64,000 nucleotides of DNA from Phoronis australis (Eukaryota; Animalia; Phoronida): contig NMRA01000977.1 in assembly GCA_002633005.1 (NCBI GenBank), positions 17,679-81,678 on the forward strand. Direction: 5' to 3'. Position 1 is the stretch's first letter, and every line of letters begins with the position of its first letter. Position numbers and translations under genes: made by a program. A model generated the notes under the pieces. The model was not told where the DNA came from. It saw only the letters and a program-made list of their open reading frames with translations, and searched no databases. Of this stretch, positions 1 through 11,690 are shown in pieces.

Positions 1-412
1 AAGTCATTCACTATTTCCCACACTGGCCTCTCAGTTTCCCCTTCAGAAAACTGGTTAGCAGCAAGCCCTGATGGAATTATAAATGGGGATACATTGTTGA
101 AAATAAAATGCCCAGTTCCAACTTCATGGTCTACCTTACACGAACTCATATCATCAAATAAATATGACGTTGTTTTCAACAATGGTGCTGCTACTCTTAA
201 GGTCAAAGGTCAGAGAGGATACTACATGCAAATGCATTTAACCATGTTTTGTCTTAGACTTAAGAAAGCAAAACTAGTTTTGTACAGAACTGACAATGAC
301 TTTCTTATCGTAGAATGTGCCATACAGTGAAAGCTTTGTTGAGCAAACTGTTGCGCGGTTGCGTACATTTTACTTTCAGAAATTTCTTGAACCACTGGTG
401 GACGAAGTTTAG
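1..412 (+). pseudogene. YqaJ/lambda-exonuclease-like nuclease of an ISL2EU element (C-terminal part; runs off the window start)
   Basis: Frame 1 from base 1 reads HTGLSVSPSENWLAASPDGIING..LLKIKCP..GYYMQMH, the YqaJ PD-(D/E)xK pattern (ASPDG, ExKCP here KIKCP, YYxQ). After a frameshift near 316 it continues VPYSESFVEQTVARLRTFYFQKFLEPLVDEV*. Confidence 0.8.
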
Positions 413-1940
413 GCTAAGAGAATTGACTTTTGCAGAGCATTCACTGATTTCATAACTTGAAGTATTTTGAATGTTTTTCCAGATCAGATCAGCATGTAGG
501 TTCACAAGCCCAGCACAGACAATCAAGTAGTTATCCACTGATTTTGTGCTTGACACTGGAATGATTGTACTCAAAATTTTGAAAACTTTGAGTCTTCGTA
601 TTGCTCGCTCCATATGGATTCTTACTGTGGCAATGTGCCGTGTTTTTTTTCAGATCTTTTTGACTAAACTGTGACTTACCTTTGGTGAAAGCTGGTATGT
701 TTAACTTAACTCGTCTTGGAAACAGTAAGTCATCAATAGTAAAACCTCTATCTGCCATAACTTCTTCATTGGGTAAAAGGTATTCCAGAAATCCACATTT
801 TTCTACAATGTATTTGTCACTACACCTACCCCCAAATGCTTTAGATATGTACATGATGTACCCATTTGGTGCAATTGCCACCATATACTTTGCAGTATTG
901 TGTGATTTGTACTGGCTATATGTTTCACCCCTACATCTGAGATTGGATGGTCGTTGTAGGAATGTTTCTGCGCAGTCAATTATGCATGTTGTGTTAGGAT
1001 AATTTTCTTTAAAGGATTGTGGCATAGTCGACTGTATGGTGTCTCGTGGAAGCCAACACACCAAGTCTTTTAATTTATCTGCTAAAGTAGGTAACCAAGA
1101 ATTGAAAATTCTGCACGTCATAGTTTTCAAAATCCCAAATCTCCGGCAAAGGTCATCATATAATAAATTAAGTTTGAGTCGCATCAAAACTAAAAGAACC
1201 TGGTCTTCTATATCAAGTTTGAAACCAAAGTTGTTACTGTCATGTAAAGAGGCACACAGAGTAAAAAACGATGCCTGTATATAACAAGGAGTCAGTGTCT
1301 CTGCGTATCATATGTTTAGTAGTAACAACACCATCATCCAAATTGTCGATGTCACACTGTGTTGCTATTTCGCTGGTGTACAATATTGGTGTTTGAGCAT
1401 ATTTCTCTTGACACTGTGTCCATTCTTTGCTGTAACTGTGGTCCAAGCTTGAAATGGAACATTCTGAATCCATGGTTTCCGAATTGTCCGCAGTATCAGG
1501 CAGTGTCTCACTGGTCTCAGATGCAACATGTTCGACCACGTGGGTGTTTTTAGATACGTGTGCATCATCATCTTCACCAGTAGTAGCTGATTTTGTGAGC
1601 TTCAAAACTTTCCTGCGACCAGGTTTTACCTTTCTGGCATATCCCATGTTTAGCTGAGGCACAGGATTTCTTTCTGTTGGCTCACCATCCACAAAATGAG
1701 TGGAACAAACAAAGACATTTTTTGGTAATCTGTCTCTGTTAATGGACTTCTGCCACAGTAGTCTCAATTCACTGTTTTGTTTACCTGATGGCATTCTGTG
1801 TAACTTGTAGGGTTTTAAACATGGACTGTCTTTGTGCATTTGACCATGGTGTTCATCACAAATTTCTGTCTCCCAACGTTTCAATTTCACCCAGTTGTTG
1901 TCAGACAGCTTGTTACAGCACAGTTATTACCACTGGGCAT
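305..1940 (-). pseudogene. THAP-domain + Harbinger/ISL2EU (DDE_Tnp_4-like) transposase, frameshifted
   Basis: Starts MPSGNNCAVTSC at 1940, then the THAP signature (W..SINR..VCSTHFVDG.PT..NPVP). A HTH region (LKLNLLYDDLCRRFGI) and DDE motifs IIDCAETF, MADRGF and HMERAIRRLK are spread over ORFs 1240-1890, 531-1187 and 305-613. Confidence 0.9.
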
Positions 1941-2679
1941 TTTAAACAATTTTTAGTGGAGATGAAAGTTGAACAGCTCTATTTGTATACTTGTAAAACA
2001 CTCCTGAAAAGATGCAAACAAGAATTTCAAACCCCCTTGAAATATGGTATATTAAAATTATCAGTTAGACGGTAATGTATTTATTTTTCTATATGTCAGT
2101 CCAACAATTTTAACTTTTATTATTGACATTTATGTAATTGTATACATCTAGTAATTTACAAATATTTCTTCTGTCAAATGTATTGCATGAAAAAATCAAC
2201 ACTTACCAGGAATATCAATGATTTCAAATCTGCTGATCTGCTTCCAAATAAACAACATAAGCAAACACAGCAGCTGGGATGGTTTGCTTTACAGACAGAC
2301 TTTACTGACTCCAGTGTTTATCTGACATGGCATTAATGGCGTGACCTCAATATGGCGCTGCCCAGGCATTGGGCAATTTCCTAATGGAATCTGTCTATAG
2401 TCTATGGTGGAACCAACTGTGCACATGGACTGAGCTTACCCAGCAGGAGATCACTCATTTCATAACAAATACAAGAGAAATGCCACAGTGATTGACAGCT
2501 CTATAAGCAGAATATGTTAAGTAGGAAACAATATAGCAATAACTGGTGCAAGTTCATGAAACCCTGCAACTCATGACAAGACTAGGAAACACTAGAAATC
2601 AACACCCATGGCAGAGTATTGTAAATGTGAGACCACTAGTCCTCCCAGTAGAATGATTCAAACTATCCCAGAGTAGAAA

Positions 2680-3150
2680 CTATAGTTCACTCAATTCTGA
2701 CAGATCCTTGACACAGGTTACCGTGGTGTCAAGACGTGTAATAATAACTTTACCCACAAATGTCCAGCAGCTCAGAACAGACTGTCGCTTGACTAAGTCG
2801 CGGCATTTCCTGAAAACCTGCGCTCTTTTTGGGGTTAAGTTCTCGTTCACAAACAAAGGCTTGTCTGATTTGTATAATGCTTTTCGATTCACAATGAACT
2901 TGGTTCTTGCATTGAACGAGACAAAGTTCACAATGATAGGTCTTGCTTTACTTGAGGCAGAAGACTCGGAGGGGGGGGTGCGCCAAGACGATGGCTGAGA
3001 CTAATGCCTCTGATATTAATCTCGGCGCTCATATGCTTAGCAAGAGAAAGTATAATGTCATCCATGTTCTCACCTCTTATCTCTTCATAACCACTTACTA
3101 TGAGACTGTTTCGACGGTCATAGGCTTGTTGTTCATCCAGCATAACTTAA
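2680..3150 (-). pseudogene. LINE ORF1-like protein fragment (CR1/L2-type, RRM-like plus C-terminal domain)
   Basis: EQQAYDRRNSLIVSGYEE..GEN..SHRLG, then after a frameshift RPIIVNFVS..LFVNENLTPKRAQVF..CWT..GKV. This pattern is typical of invertebrate LINE ORF1. Confidence 0.7.
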
Positions 3151-3629
3151 AGGTTTTCGATCGTGTGCTCAAAATGACTCTTCATGGCGGCAGNTGTTTG
3201 CCGGGACCGCTTGCGCGCTAACGGTGCCGCAGTGCGATATCAGGGATATTGTCGTGGATATTTGGTACATGTAATAAGGACATCTTATGGGAAAAATAAA
3301 CAATTTTTGTCCACCACAAAGTTTGGTAAGTTGATCGCTTAAGAATTAGTAGAAACACCATTGTTTTGTGAAGTTTTCACGTGTTAAGCAGTGGCCCGAA
3401 ACTTTCTTCGGCGAATCCGGGAATTTACAAAAATGGCCGAAAGTGTTAGCCAATGAAACGCGTCAAAGATCGATTCTGCATATCCCATGTTCACGCGACT
3501 TGCTTACAAATCATCGGGAGGGCTGTTGTCGGTTAGTGTTCTTTTGATCTTGGATTTGGCAACAACCAAATAATTAACGGTTGGATTAACAAGAGCTGCT
3601 TTGTATTAGCCAGGTATATGTTGAGAAGT

Positions 3630-3764
3630 GTAAAAACTCAGCTCGCATTGGTTGGAAATTCCAGGTCGCATTTTGCGACTTGATACGAGCTGACGAAAAT
3701 CTCAGCTCGCATTTCCAAATTTCAGGTCGCAAATGCGACCTGCAGCTCGTTATGTCGAGCCCTG
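3630..3764. mobile_element. End of a hAT-like non-autonomous element
   Basis: Subterminal tcgca/tgcga repeats ending in gtcgagccctg (CAGGG-type terminus). The other end was not clearly found. Confidence 0.4.
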
Positions 3765-3970
3765 GTTAACTGCCTCCTAGTAAAGTGAACTATATTTACT
3801 GTTGATAAAATCAGGCTCTGATTAGATGCTGACTGCTAAAGTACGAAGTCAGCCAAGGTTTTAAACCTGACTCGGCAATTTTTAAACTTGACGTTCTTTC
3901 CCCAAACTCGACGCGGCAAAATCCAAACTTGTTACCGCGTCGAGTCAAAAAAGGTCGTGGAGAACACTGT
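3765..3970. repeat. Dispersed repeat; inverted copy at ~26444-26605
   Basis: gttaactgcctcctagtaaagtgaac...aaaatcaggctc...ggtcgtggagaacactg matches the reverse complement of 26444-26605. Confidence 0.65.
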
Positions 3971-4843
3971 GGTGTGGAGAACAGTGAAATTTTTTTGGAC
4001 ACCGTGATTCCATTGGGCAGAAAACACTGTAACCTTTGGTATGTGCCATCTGCATACACTAAGGTTTGCTGGCTACCAGTGAGGACATATTGGTAAAGTC
4101 AAGGTTAACTGAATGGTTGCTTGCTGTAGTTTTAAGTGGTGATTTAATATGATGGTGCTTTATTCTGTGTTAGCTGTGCTGTTATTAAACTTCGTACTTG
4201 GGCTGACCATTTCTTGTGTGCATCTCCTCTCTAAATCTGACTTGCAGGGTTGACTTTGGGGTAGCATTAGTATCCACAATGTTTGTGTTAAGTTGCACAC
4301 TATTAGAACTATTAATGTTCTTGTCAATGGTTATTTCCCCTTTTCTCAACTTGCAACTTTGACATTGTTGTTGAACATGCTTTCTTCCAAGTGAGAGTTT
4401 GATGTTGAGGTGTATTACTGGATGAAATATCCGTGTCTGTGCTGTTTTTATTGACATGTACGTTATTACATCTACCAGTGCCCTCGGTGATTTTTGTCCC
4501 TTTGCCTGGTTTGTTTAGTTGGAGTTTTGGCTTTAAAAACAAGTTGTCAATTACAGACCTTTCTTAATTAATATTGTCTCATGAATATTAGGAAATCCAA
4601 AGCGAGGTATTCGAATGCATTTTAAGGCCCTTTCATATTGACTTAACTGCGGTCTGAACGGTGCGTCGACGTAAACGGCGCAGTTAACTGGACGTTCATA
4701 CTGGCTTTGGTAGTTAATGAACTTCGAAGTAAGCGGTTGGTGCCGCTGTCGTCATCGAAGTTATTACAAGGTAGCGCTGCACGCTAAGATTTTTCATTGT
4801 TAAGTTTGGAAACATTTACATGTGCTAAATGGCATTAAACTTA

Positions 4844-6205
4844 CCGTATTCGCCGTAATAACCGCCAAGGGCACTTAGAAAAGTAAGGTTCAGGGGTGGG
4901 GGGTGCGCTTATTATAACCCAAGGCGGTTGAAACCCGGTCTCCTAAACGGGTGAAATCGGAAGCTAAGATTCATCAAATTTACGCTCTGTGACGTATATG
5001 TAATCTATGAAAGACTTTCAACAAAACTGTGGTGCATTGCTATCAAACTTTGCTCCTAAATTACGATCATTTTACAGAAAATTATGCTGAAATCCCAGGG
5101 CGAAAACTCGCCGACTGACTGCCTCAAAATCGCCGTCTTTGATATGGCGACTTCAATGCTTGAATAAAAACAGTTTCGACTCAAGCAAATTACCTGAAAT
5201 CCTCAATAAGTTTTTTAAGTAGCGTCCCTAAGACTTTTTTTTAAGTTCCCGTGGAGTCTGGGTTAACGGCAGGTTTAAGTACAAATCTGTGCAACATCGG
5301 CAACACGGCGAGAAAAATGTCTGAACGAACACACATGTTGTTGTCATGTGACGTTTGTTTTGAAGTTCGTCTGCGAGTAAGCGAGCGCGTGCGTGTCACC
5401 AGAGTTCATTTGCCAAAGAAGAGACCGTCTTTTGGCCAGAGCCACGCAATCTAACTAGCTAGTTGTGTCTAAAGAAATTTGCACAAGCAGTAGGCCTATA
5501 CCAGAGCGTGTTTCATTCAGTACTTGCCGGTTTCGTGCTGAAAACTTTCGACATTTGTCTCAGTAAGGCCCATATTAGTCGTCGTGTAGCTGGATGCCTA
5601 CGTAAATATCTGACAGTTATTTTTCGGTGTAAGGGTGTGTAAGCATTCACTGTCAGTTGTCATTTTATCGGATATTCGGCTTAAAAACACCAATTATGGT
5701 TAATCAAACAATCCATCTCAAAAATAACGCAAACGTGTTTTATAGTATTAGAAATTGTCGGAAATTAGTGCCAATATTCATTTCTTGCCGAAGCTATGCT
5801 ACCCGTTTCATGAATGGATAGTTCCCGACTAATGTCTTTGATGACAGGTTCATGTATGTAGCGCGCTTCTTGGCCATGTGCGTTTAACACAGAGTTATTT
5901 TTATTCATGAGACAGTCGATGTGTCTACTGAAAGGTCAGACCATAGTTCTTTTTGAAGCGTGGCGTTACTTTGGAGTGTAAAGTCATGGCTAAATACAAA
6001 CATAGCAGTGCCGCTGGTGGTCTAGTAGACCCTTGCAAAATTTTTTTGATAAATTGAAGACCGTTACTGTAGCCGAGTTTTAGGACTGTAGGTACGTCAT
6101 TGTTCGCATGTACACGTTCATGGACAGGGCGCTTATTTCAGCAAAGTCTGAAAACGTGTGGGGGAGCGCTTATAGGGGAATGGGCGGTTATTACGGCGAA
6201 TATGG
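4844..6205 (+). mobile_element. Non-autonomous Tc1/mariner (pogo/Tigger-like) element, family A
   Basis: TIRs CCGTATTCGCCGTAATAACCGCC / GGCGGTTATTACGGCGAATATGG with TA on both sides. Internal homology to copies at 14536, 26608, 47062 and 59445. Confidence 0.85.
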
Positions 6206-8399
6206 TATTTTTAACGACGGCACTACCTTGTACCTGTTGACGATAACAGTGGCTCCTGGCGATAACTTCGATTGGAGCGAAGTTAAGCGTTCATACTGCA
6301 CCGCACCTGATATCTGCGATCACACGAGGCTTATACTGATAAACTACATCATGCAGCCTCCTCTGTGCTGGCTGATAGTGACCTTACACTAGTTCCAAAC
6401 ATACATGTTACATTTAGCTTTGTGGAATCTTATTCTAAAAAGTTTTCATAGTCATCTGGCAAGAATTACCTGTCCAAAGGGCACAAGTACTCCAGTGAAA
6501 GTTACACAACTTCATTAAGAAGTGGACACTTTTACTGGCTGCATAATCATTCTTCAGTTGTAGCTGTCAGCTGGTCAGGCATAGTAACACTACATAGTCT
6601 ATTTCATTGGATTTTTGTTTCCCAAGAAGAACTCAAAGATAACAATGAGTGGTAAGACCACTGGCTTAATTATGGTAAAAACATTTAGTGGTGTCAGTTT
6701 TATTTGTAAATTCATTACATTATTTCGTCAGTCATTGATTCAATATTGTTTGGGACATGGATTGAACATGACGTTTCACTTAATTACTCGTGTTTTCAAC
6801 CAATCCACAGTGGTCTCTTGTTGTTCTTCATGTCTGGATAGTTTAAATACTGTAAACTAAGATAATAATATTATTTAACACCTGAAGCACAAGGTGGGTC
6901 ATTTATTCTTCAGTTTCTATCTCTTGCTTGATTACCCTGGAAACAGACTTGGACATATTTGATAGTGATGTTGTCACTGGCCCTGACCAAAGTTATTTTA
7001 GTTGAAATCTAACATGGCCATCATGAGGTGTAATCACTGTTATGAGCCAAAGGTACATTCTAATCAGGGTGATAAAAATAATTGACAGAGTAATATTACT
7101 CTGGATAAGTCTTGTTGCAAAACCACAAGTATGGTATCATTCATTCACAATAGGGCCTCCCAAGTTTGCTTAAAACATGCAACTGTCCACAATTGATTTA
7201 CTGAGCCAGTATTGTTCAAGGAAATTGAAGTGTATGCACAAGTGATTAATTGTCCTTGATATGCCTAATGACTATTATCATGTATTCTCAAACTGGCTAT
7301 TTGTTACCTTTTTCTTGTTTCCTCTGAAATGGAGTGATTTTCAGTTTTGAACCCTTATCACTGAGTATCTTATTAATTAAAAATATTTTATCAGCCATCA
7401 CGCTGCCATTGTTCTAGTAAGTCAGTTTAGTGTAGCCACATCTGATATTGAGCCTGTCTATAGTGACCATACAAGTGTCATTGAGCCACGCGAAGCTTAA
7501 CAGGCTGTGAAGAACATTCTGAGTTTGTCATCATTCACCAGTGAGTTTGGCTGTAGATTTGCCCAGGTCAGTATTTTCACTTTCTGTTGCTGCTGAGCAA
7601 CTGATACGTTCAGCTCCAGAAATCCTTATATGAAGGTACAGAAAAACGAAAAATTCATCAAGGGAACTATAATTAATAATTAATACACTGAGGTCTACAA
7701 GCACTCCAGTATTTCTTCATCACTGTATTACGGTTCAAACTGATAACCTGTGAAACCGTTCACGATCCACCTGCAAAGTCTTCGTCGGATGAGTCGGGAT
7801 TGTGAGTTGCCATGTTGATGTTTATTATTACTGAGCCTTCTGTTTCAAAATGAATTATTCTCACCCTAACCAATACTTAAATAAAACTGAAACAAAGTCT
7901 ATCTCATAGATATTATTTGTAATGCCTTTGGAGTGTTTGTGAGTACAATGATTTGAGAAGCCAGCAATGAATAAATCACTGCGTTATCTGCTTAAGGTGC
8001 AATAAAACTAATTGACCGGACACCAGGCTGTGTGAGCGCATGATAATTCAGTGTTTGTTGACAGAAACTGTTGTGAAACAATAACTCGATTTTCTATCCC
8101 ACAGCCAGGTGTTAGGGGAATCTTGATTTACATATACATTATTCAAATAATGATTGTCAATGTACAACTTCTGCCCTGACGGTTCTGTGGCCAAAGGGGA
8201 ACTTGAATTCACGGCCTCCTACGAGTAAGTAAAGTAGATTTGCAGTTTCGTGGCTAATTCACCAACATAATGACGTGCACATTACTTCTTTGGCTCACTA
8301 GTATAGTATTTTCTTGGCAGGTTAACGTTCATGATGTCTTCACTCCGGCTGCGACGGGACTGATCGGGTTCCGAACAACTGGCCGGGATAACAAGCGTT

Positions 8400-8878
8400 C
8401 TGTGTGTTTAGAACTCAAAAAAAATCACAATTCTAAACAGCACAGATCTATGTTCTCCTGTCTGTATTTCACGGAAGAATACTTTGAATTTATCTCCGAA
8501 CAGACCCCAAACTCCTGCTGCAGACCGTGGTAAATTGGCCTAGGCCGAACTTTGTAGGCTACGGTGTGTCCAAATACCAATAAATCCGTAACAGCGAAAT
8601 AAAACAACATGTTTTTATAAGAATTCGGTGTATTTTTAAGGGTTTTACATCGATGATTTATTGGTGTTAATGATGAATTCAATGATAAGGTGACACCAGT
8701 AACCCGTGTTGTGAACTGCTGAACAGATTGCGTGTGAAACCAATGAAGTCATTGGATAATTTCAACACCTCCGTCTGCCTTCAGGTTTCAGGTAACGCAA
8801 CCGAACGTGCTGTTATCGAGTAGAACTACTCGATCCAAATTGATACCAAATAGGTTGTTTTTTGGGTGGCATGCTCCT
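8400..8878 (-). mobile_element. Kolobok-like non-autonomous element (AGGAGAATGCCACCC family), partial
   Basis: Ends gggtggcatgctcct-TTAA; the body is the reverse complement of 50035-50470. Confidence 0.65.
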
Positions 8879-10774
8879 TTAAGTGGGCTATCAGCTTATC
8901 CACGATTGTATTATTGTGCACTCTGCAGGCAGTGGCTGGCTAACAACTTGAGGCCCTCAAGTCACTCAGCAAGGTACTGGAGGAGTAGGAGGGTGCGTGG
9001 TTGTTGTTGGCTAATGTTGGACCATGTTGTTGTTAGACCGTGTTGCGCTGATGTTGGACCATATTGCTCTCTTTGGGCTTCTCAACCTTTGATTCGCTCT
9101 TGAAATAAAAAGACTAAGTTGGTTAGAAGTCATTCCTAACCTTAATAATATTCATTTGAAGATAATTAGTAATACTTGAGCACTCTATACAGAGCTGGCA
9201 TTCTAGGCATGGCTTTCAAGTGCAATAAACTTAATTCCTTTCACAATTCATTACCAATTTATTTACCCCAATGAAATGGCTGTCTGGCAGAAGGTGTTTT
9301 CCATTGTATTAGGTAGGTGTGGTTGGTGTGTGGTCGGTGCCGCTTATGATGTCTTCGTTGTTAGACATGAGTCCAGCCCTCAGATGTCTCAGATTTTGGT
9401 TTGGGTCAGTGTTTGAGATACTTCCTAGCTGGCTGGCTACAGTTAAGATCTGCAGTGCGCACTTCGACTAATGGAATTCTGATACTGACGGCCCATATCG
9501 GAATATAGTTTTTGATTGAATTGAAAACATTCAATTGAGTACAAATTCTTATTATTCGGTATGTTTTCGTGCAATCCAGACTTTATTTCATAGTTTTAAT
9601 TTATTACAGATACTCACAACGCTGTGTTGCTATTAAATTTTTAATATTTTGAGGTTGACCAAGTCAAAATGGCGGCAACTACGGGTTGCAGGATTATTTT
9701 GAAAATTAGTTTCTAATATAAAATTTTCAATGAATTTGATTATAATTGCTTTGTACGAAAAGATCAAGCTGATATGAGTTGTAACATTTCCAAGTATTTT
9801 GCACCAAATTAAACTGCCTAGATTGTCGCCGATTCCAGTATGGACACACACTCAACAGCGGCCCGGATTGAAATTGTACACCTTTCACACCTCCAGCTTC
9901 AAGAAGACATACATGAATGCAAAGTTCCTGACATCAATTTTTTTTTTGTATCAAGCAAACAACACTTTATAATAAACATTGTGAAAATTGCCTGATAACA
10001 ATTCAGACGTAGCTTTTTCTCCGACTGTTTTGGCGACCCCAGTCATGCCGGCTCCTGGGATTCATATACAGGTCTGTATTAGAATATGTGCTAAATAATT
10101 GAATAAAAAATTCTGAAGGTTATTATTTCGAACATGTTTAATATTAATTGATATGAAATGAACAATTGATGTGTTTCCTTGATTTTCCAAGTATTTTGCA
10201 TTAAATTAAACAGCCAGTCATCGCTGATTCCAATACGCTAAACGGGGTTTGTGATGGGTCTACTGTATTGTAAAAAGCCTACTTAATTAATGACTGGGGT
10301 ACGCTATGACACCTTATGTTGATGTTTTTCATCAAAATATGAATTTTAGATATAAAAATAGTCATTTTGGCACCATTTTAGGCCTTTAAGTATACCTCTG
10401 ATTTCATGACAAGTTTAATGTAGCATGAAAGTAGTGCTTTTTAATTTAATATTTCTTAATTGCTACAGAATAAATGTGCAATTTTTATTTTGTTTCCCCA
10501 TTATTTTAATTTTATTTCATTTAGATGGTTCTGTCCACTTAAAATCTAAAATTAGAATGAGTTAAAGTTATGAAAGCTCAACTCAACAATAAGAGCTTTG
10601 TTTATCAATTGAGAATCCTTTTGCAAGTTTATAACAATAACACGAGATTATGTGAGACTTAACTGTGACGTCACGGGAAGTGGGGCAAAAGCTTGTCGTT
10701 TGGCCATTTGTCCAATACGTTAGCAGAGTGTATTCTGTTATTGTCTTCGAGTTTTTAGCCGTTTAGTTCGAAAA

Positions 10775-11690
10775 ATGCCAAACAAGCATTGCTGTTATGG
10801 CTAATGAAATTCAGATTCGAACTACAATACGTTCTATCGCGTTCTGTGCTAATTTCGTCCCGTGTATTTTAAACGGGAGGTAAGTGAAATCCGCTCTCTG
10901 ATAAGTTTTCACCTCGTCAAAAATACATTTTACACCTAAAATTATCACCTAAAACTGTGCTTACTTCCTTCAGTGATCCTTTCTGCTTCTAAACATATCT
11001 TCAATGAAGCATAGCTACGGGAATTCAGGTGACTTTGGGAAGAATTCCAACTCCACTTTGTGGGTAGCCTACTGTTAACTTTGACCGCGCGCGCGATAAA
11101 CACAAAGTATTTCAACTGAGTCAGGGGAGTATGAGGCAAAGGCTAGCGCGAGACTGAGCGAAGCGCGAGACCTGGGGCGTGACACTTGCAAAATAGCATG
11201 AGAAAATATCAAGTGAAATTTGTAAGATTTGTCTCCCTTGGACTTTTTTCGTCAACAGGCGTGATTTCACGTAACTTCCTCAAAATGGGGCCCCGTGAGA
11301 AAAACTCGAGCGAACCGTGAGGTTTTCATGGATATGTTCAAGTTATTTGTTGACTAAATTGTATCCAGAGTATGTGTTAATTATAACTCCATGTGCACAT
11401 ATGCATGTTTCATTTGATTTTATTTGCTGTATTTTGAAGTGAGTAACTTTTTATGGGGATACACTATCGCCCCTGTATGCCTGCGGCAAGGCCTAGACCG
11501 GGTTGAGTTCCAATTTCAGTCCGTTCACACCTTCGAACATCATAACAAGTTCACATTTTCTTCATCCATTCACAGTTATTCCACAATCCATCTACCATCT
11601 TTTAAGTTGTGTTAACGTTTTAAGCGTAAAATTCACCATAAGAACTCCAGTAAGATTTAGCGTGTGTAGCAAAGACTTGGGGCAAAACAA
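10775..11690 (+). pseudogene. Possible degraded THAP-domain fragment split by an insertion
   Basis: ATG at 10775 reads MPNKHCCYG**NSDS (THAP-like start); ~11630-11690 reads KFTIRTPVRFSVCSKDLG (VCSxHF-like). Confidence 0.3.

Larger units (their letters stand above)
1..2398 (-). mobile_element. ISL2EU-type (PIF/Harbinger superfamily) DNA transposon, truncated by the window edge
   Basis: Convergent THAP-DDE transposase and YqaJ genes. The probable terminus is at ...aatggaatctgtctat (~2398), near a caatatggcg motif; the boundary is approximate. Confidence 0.7.
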
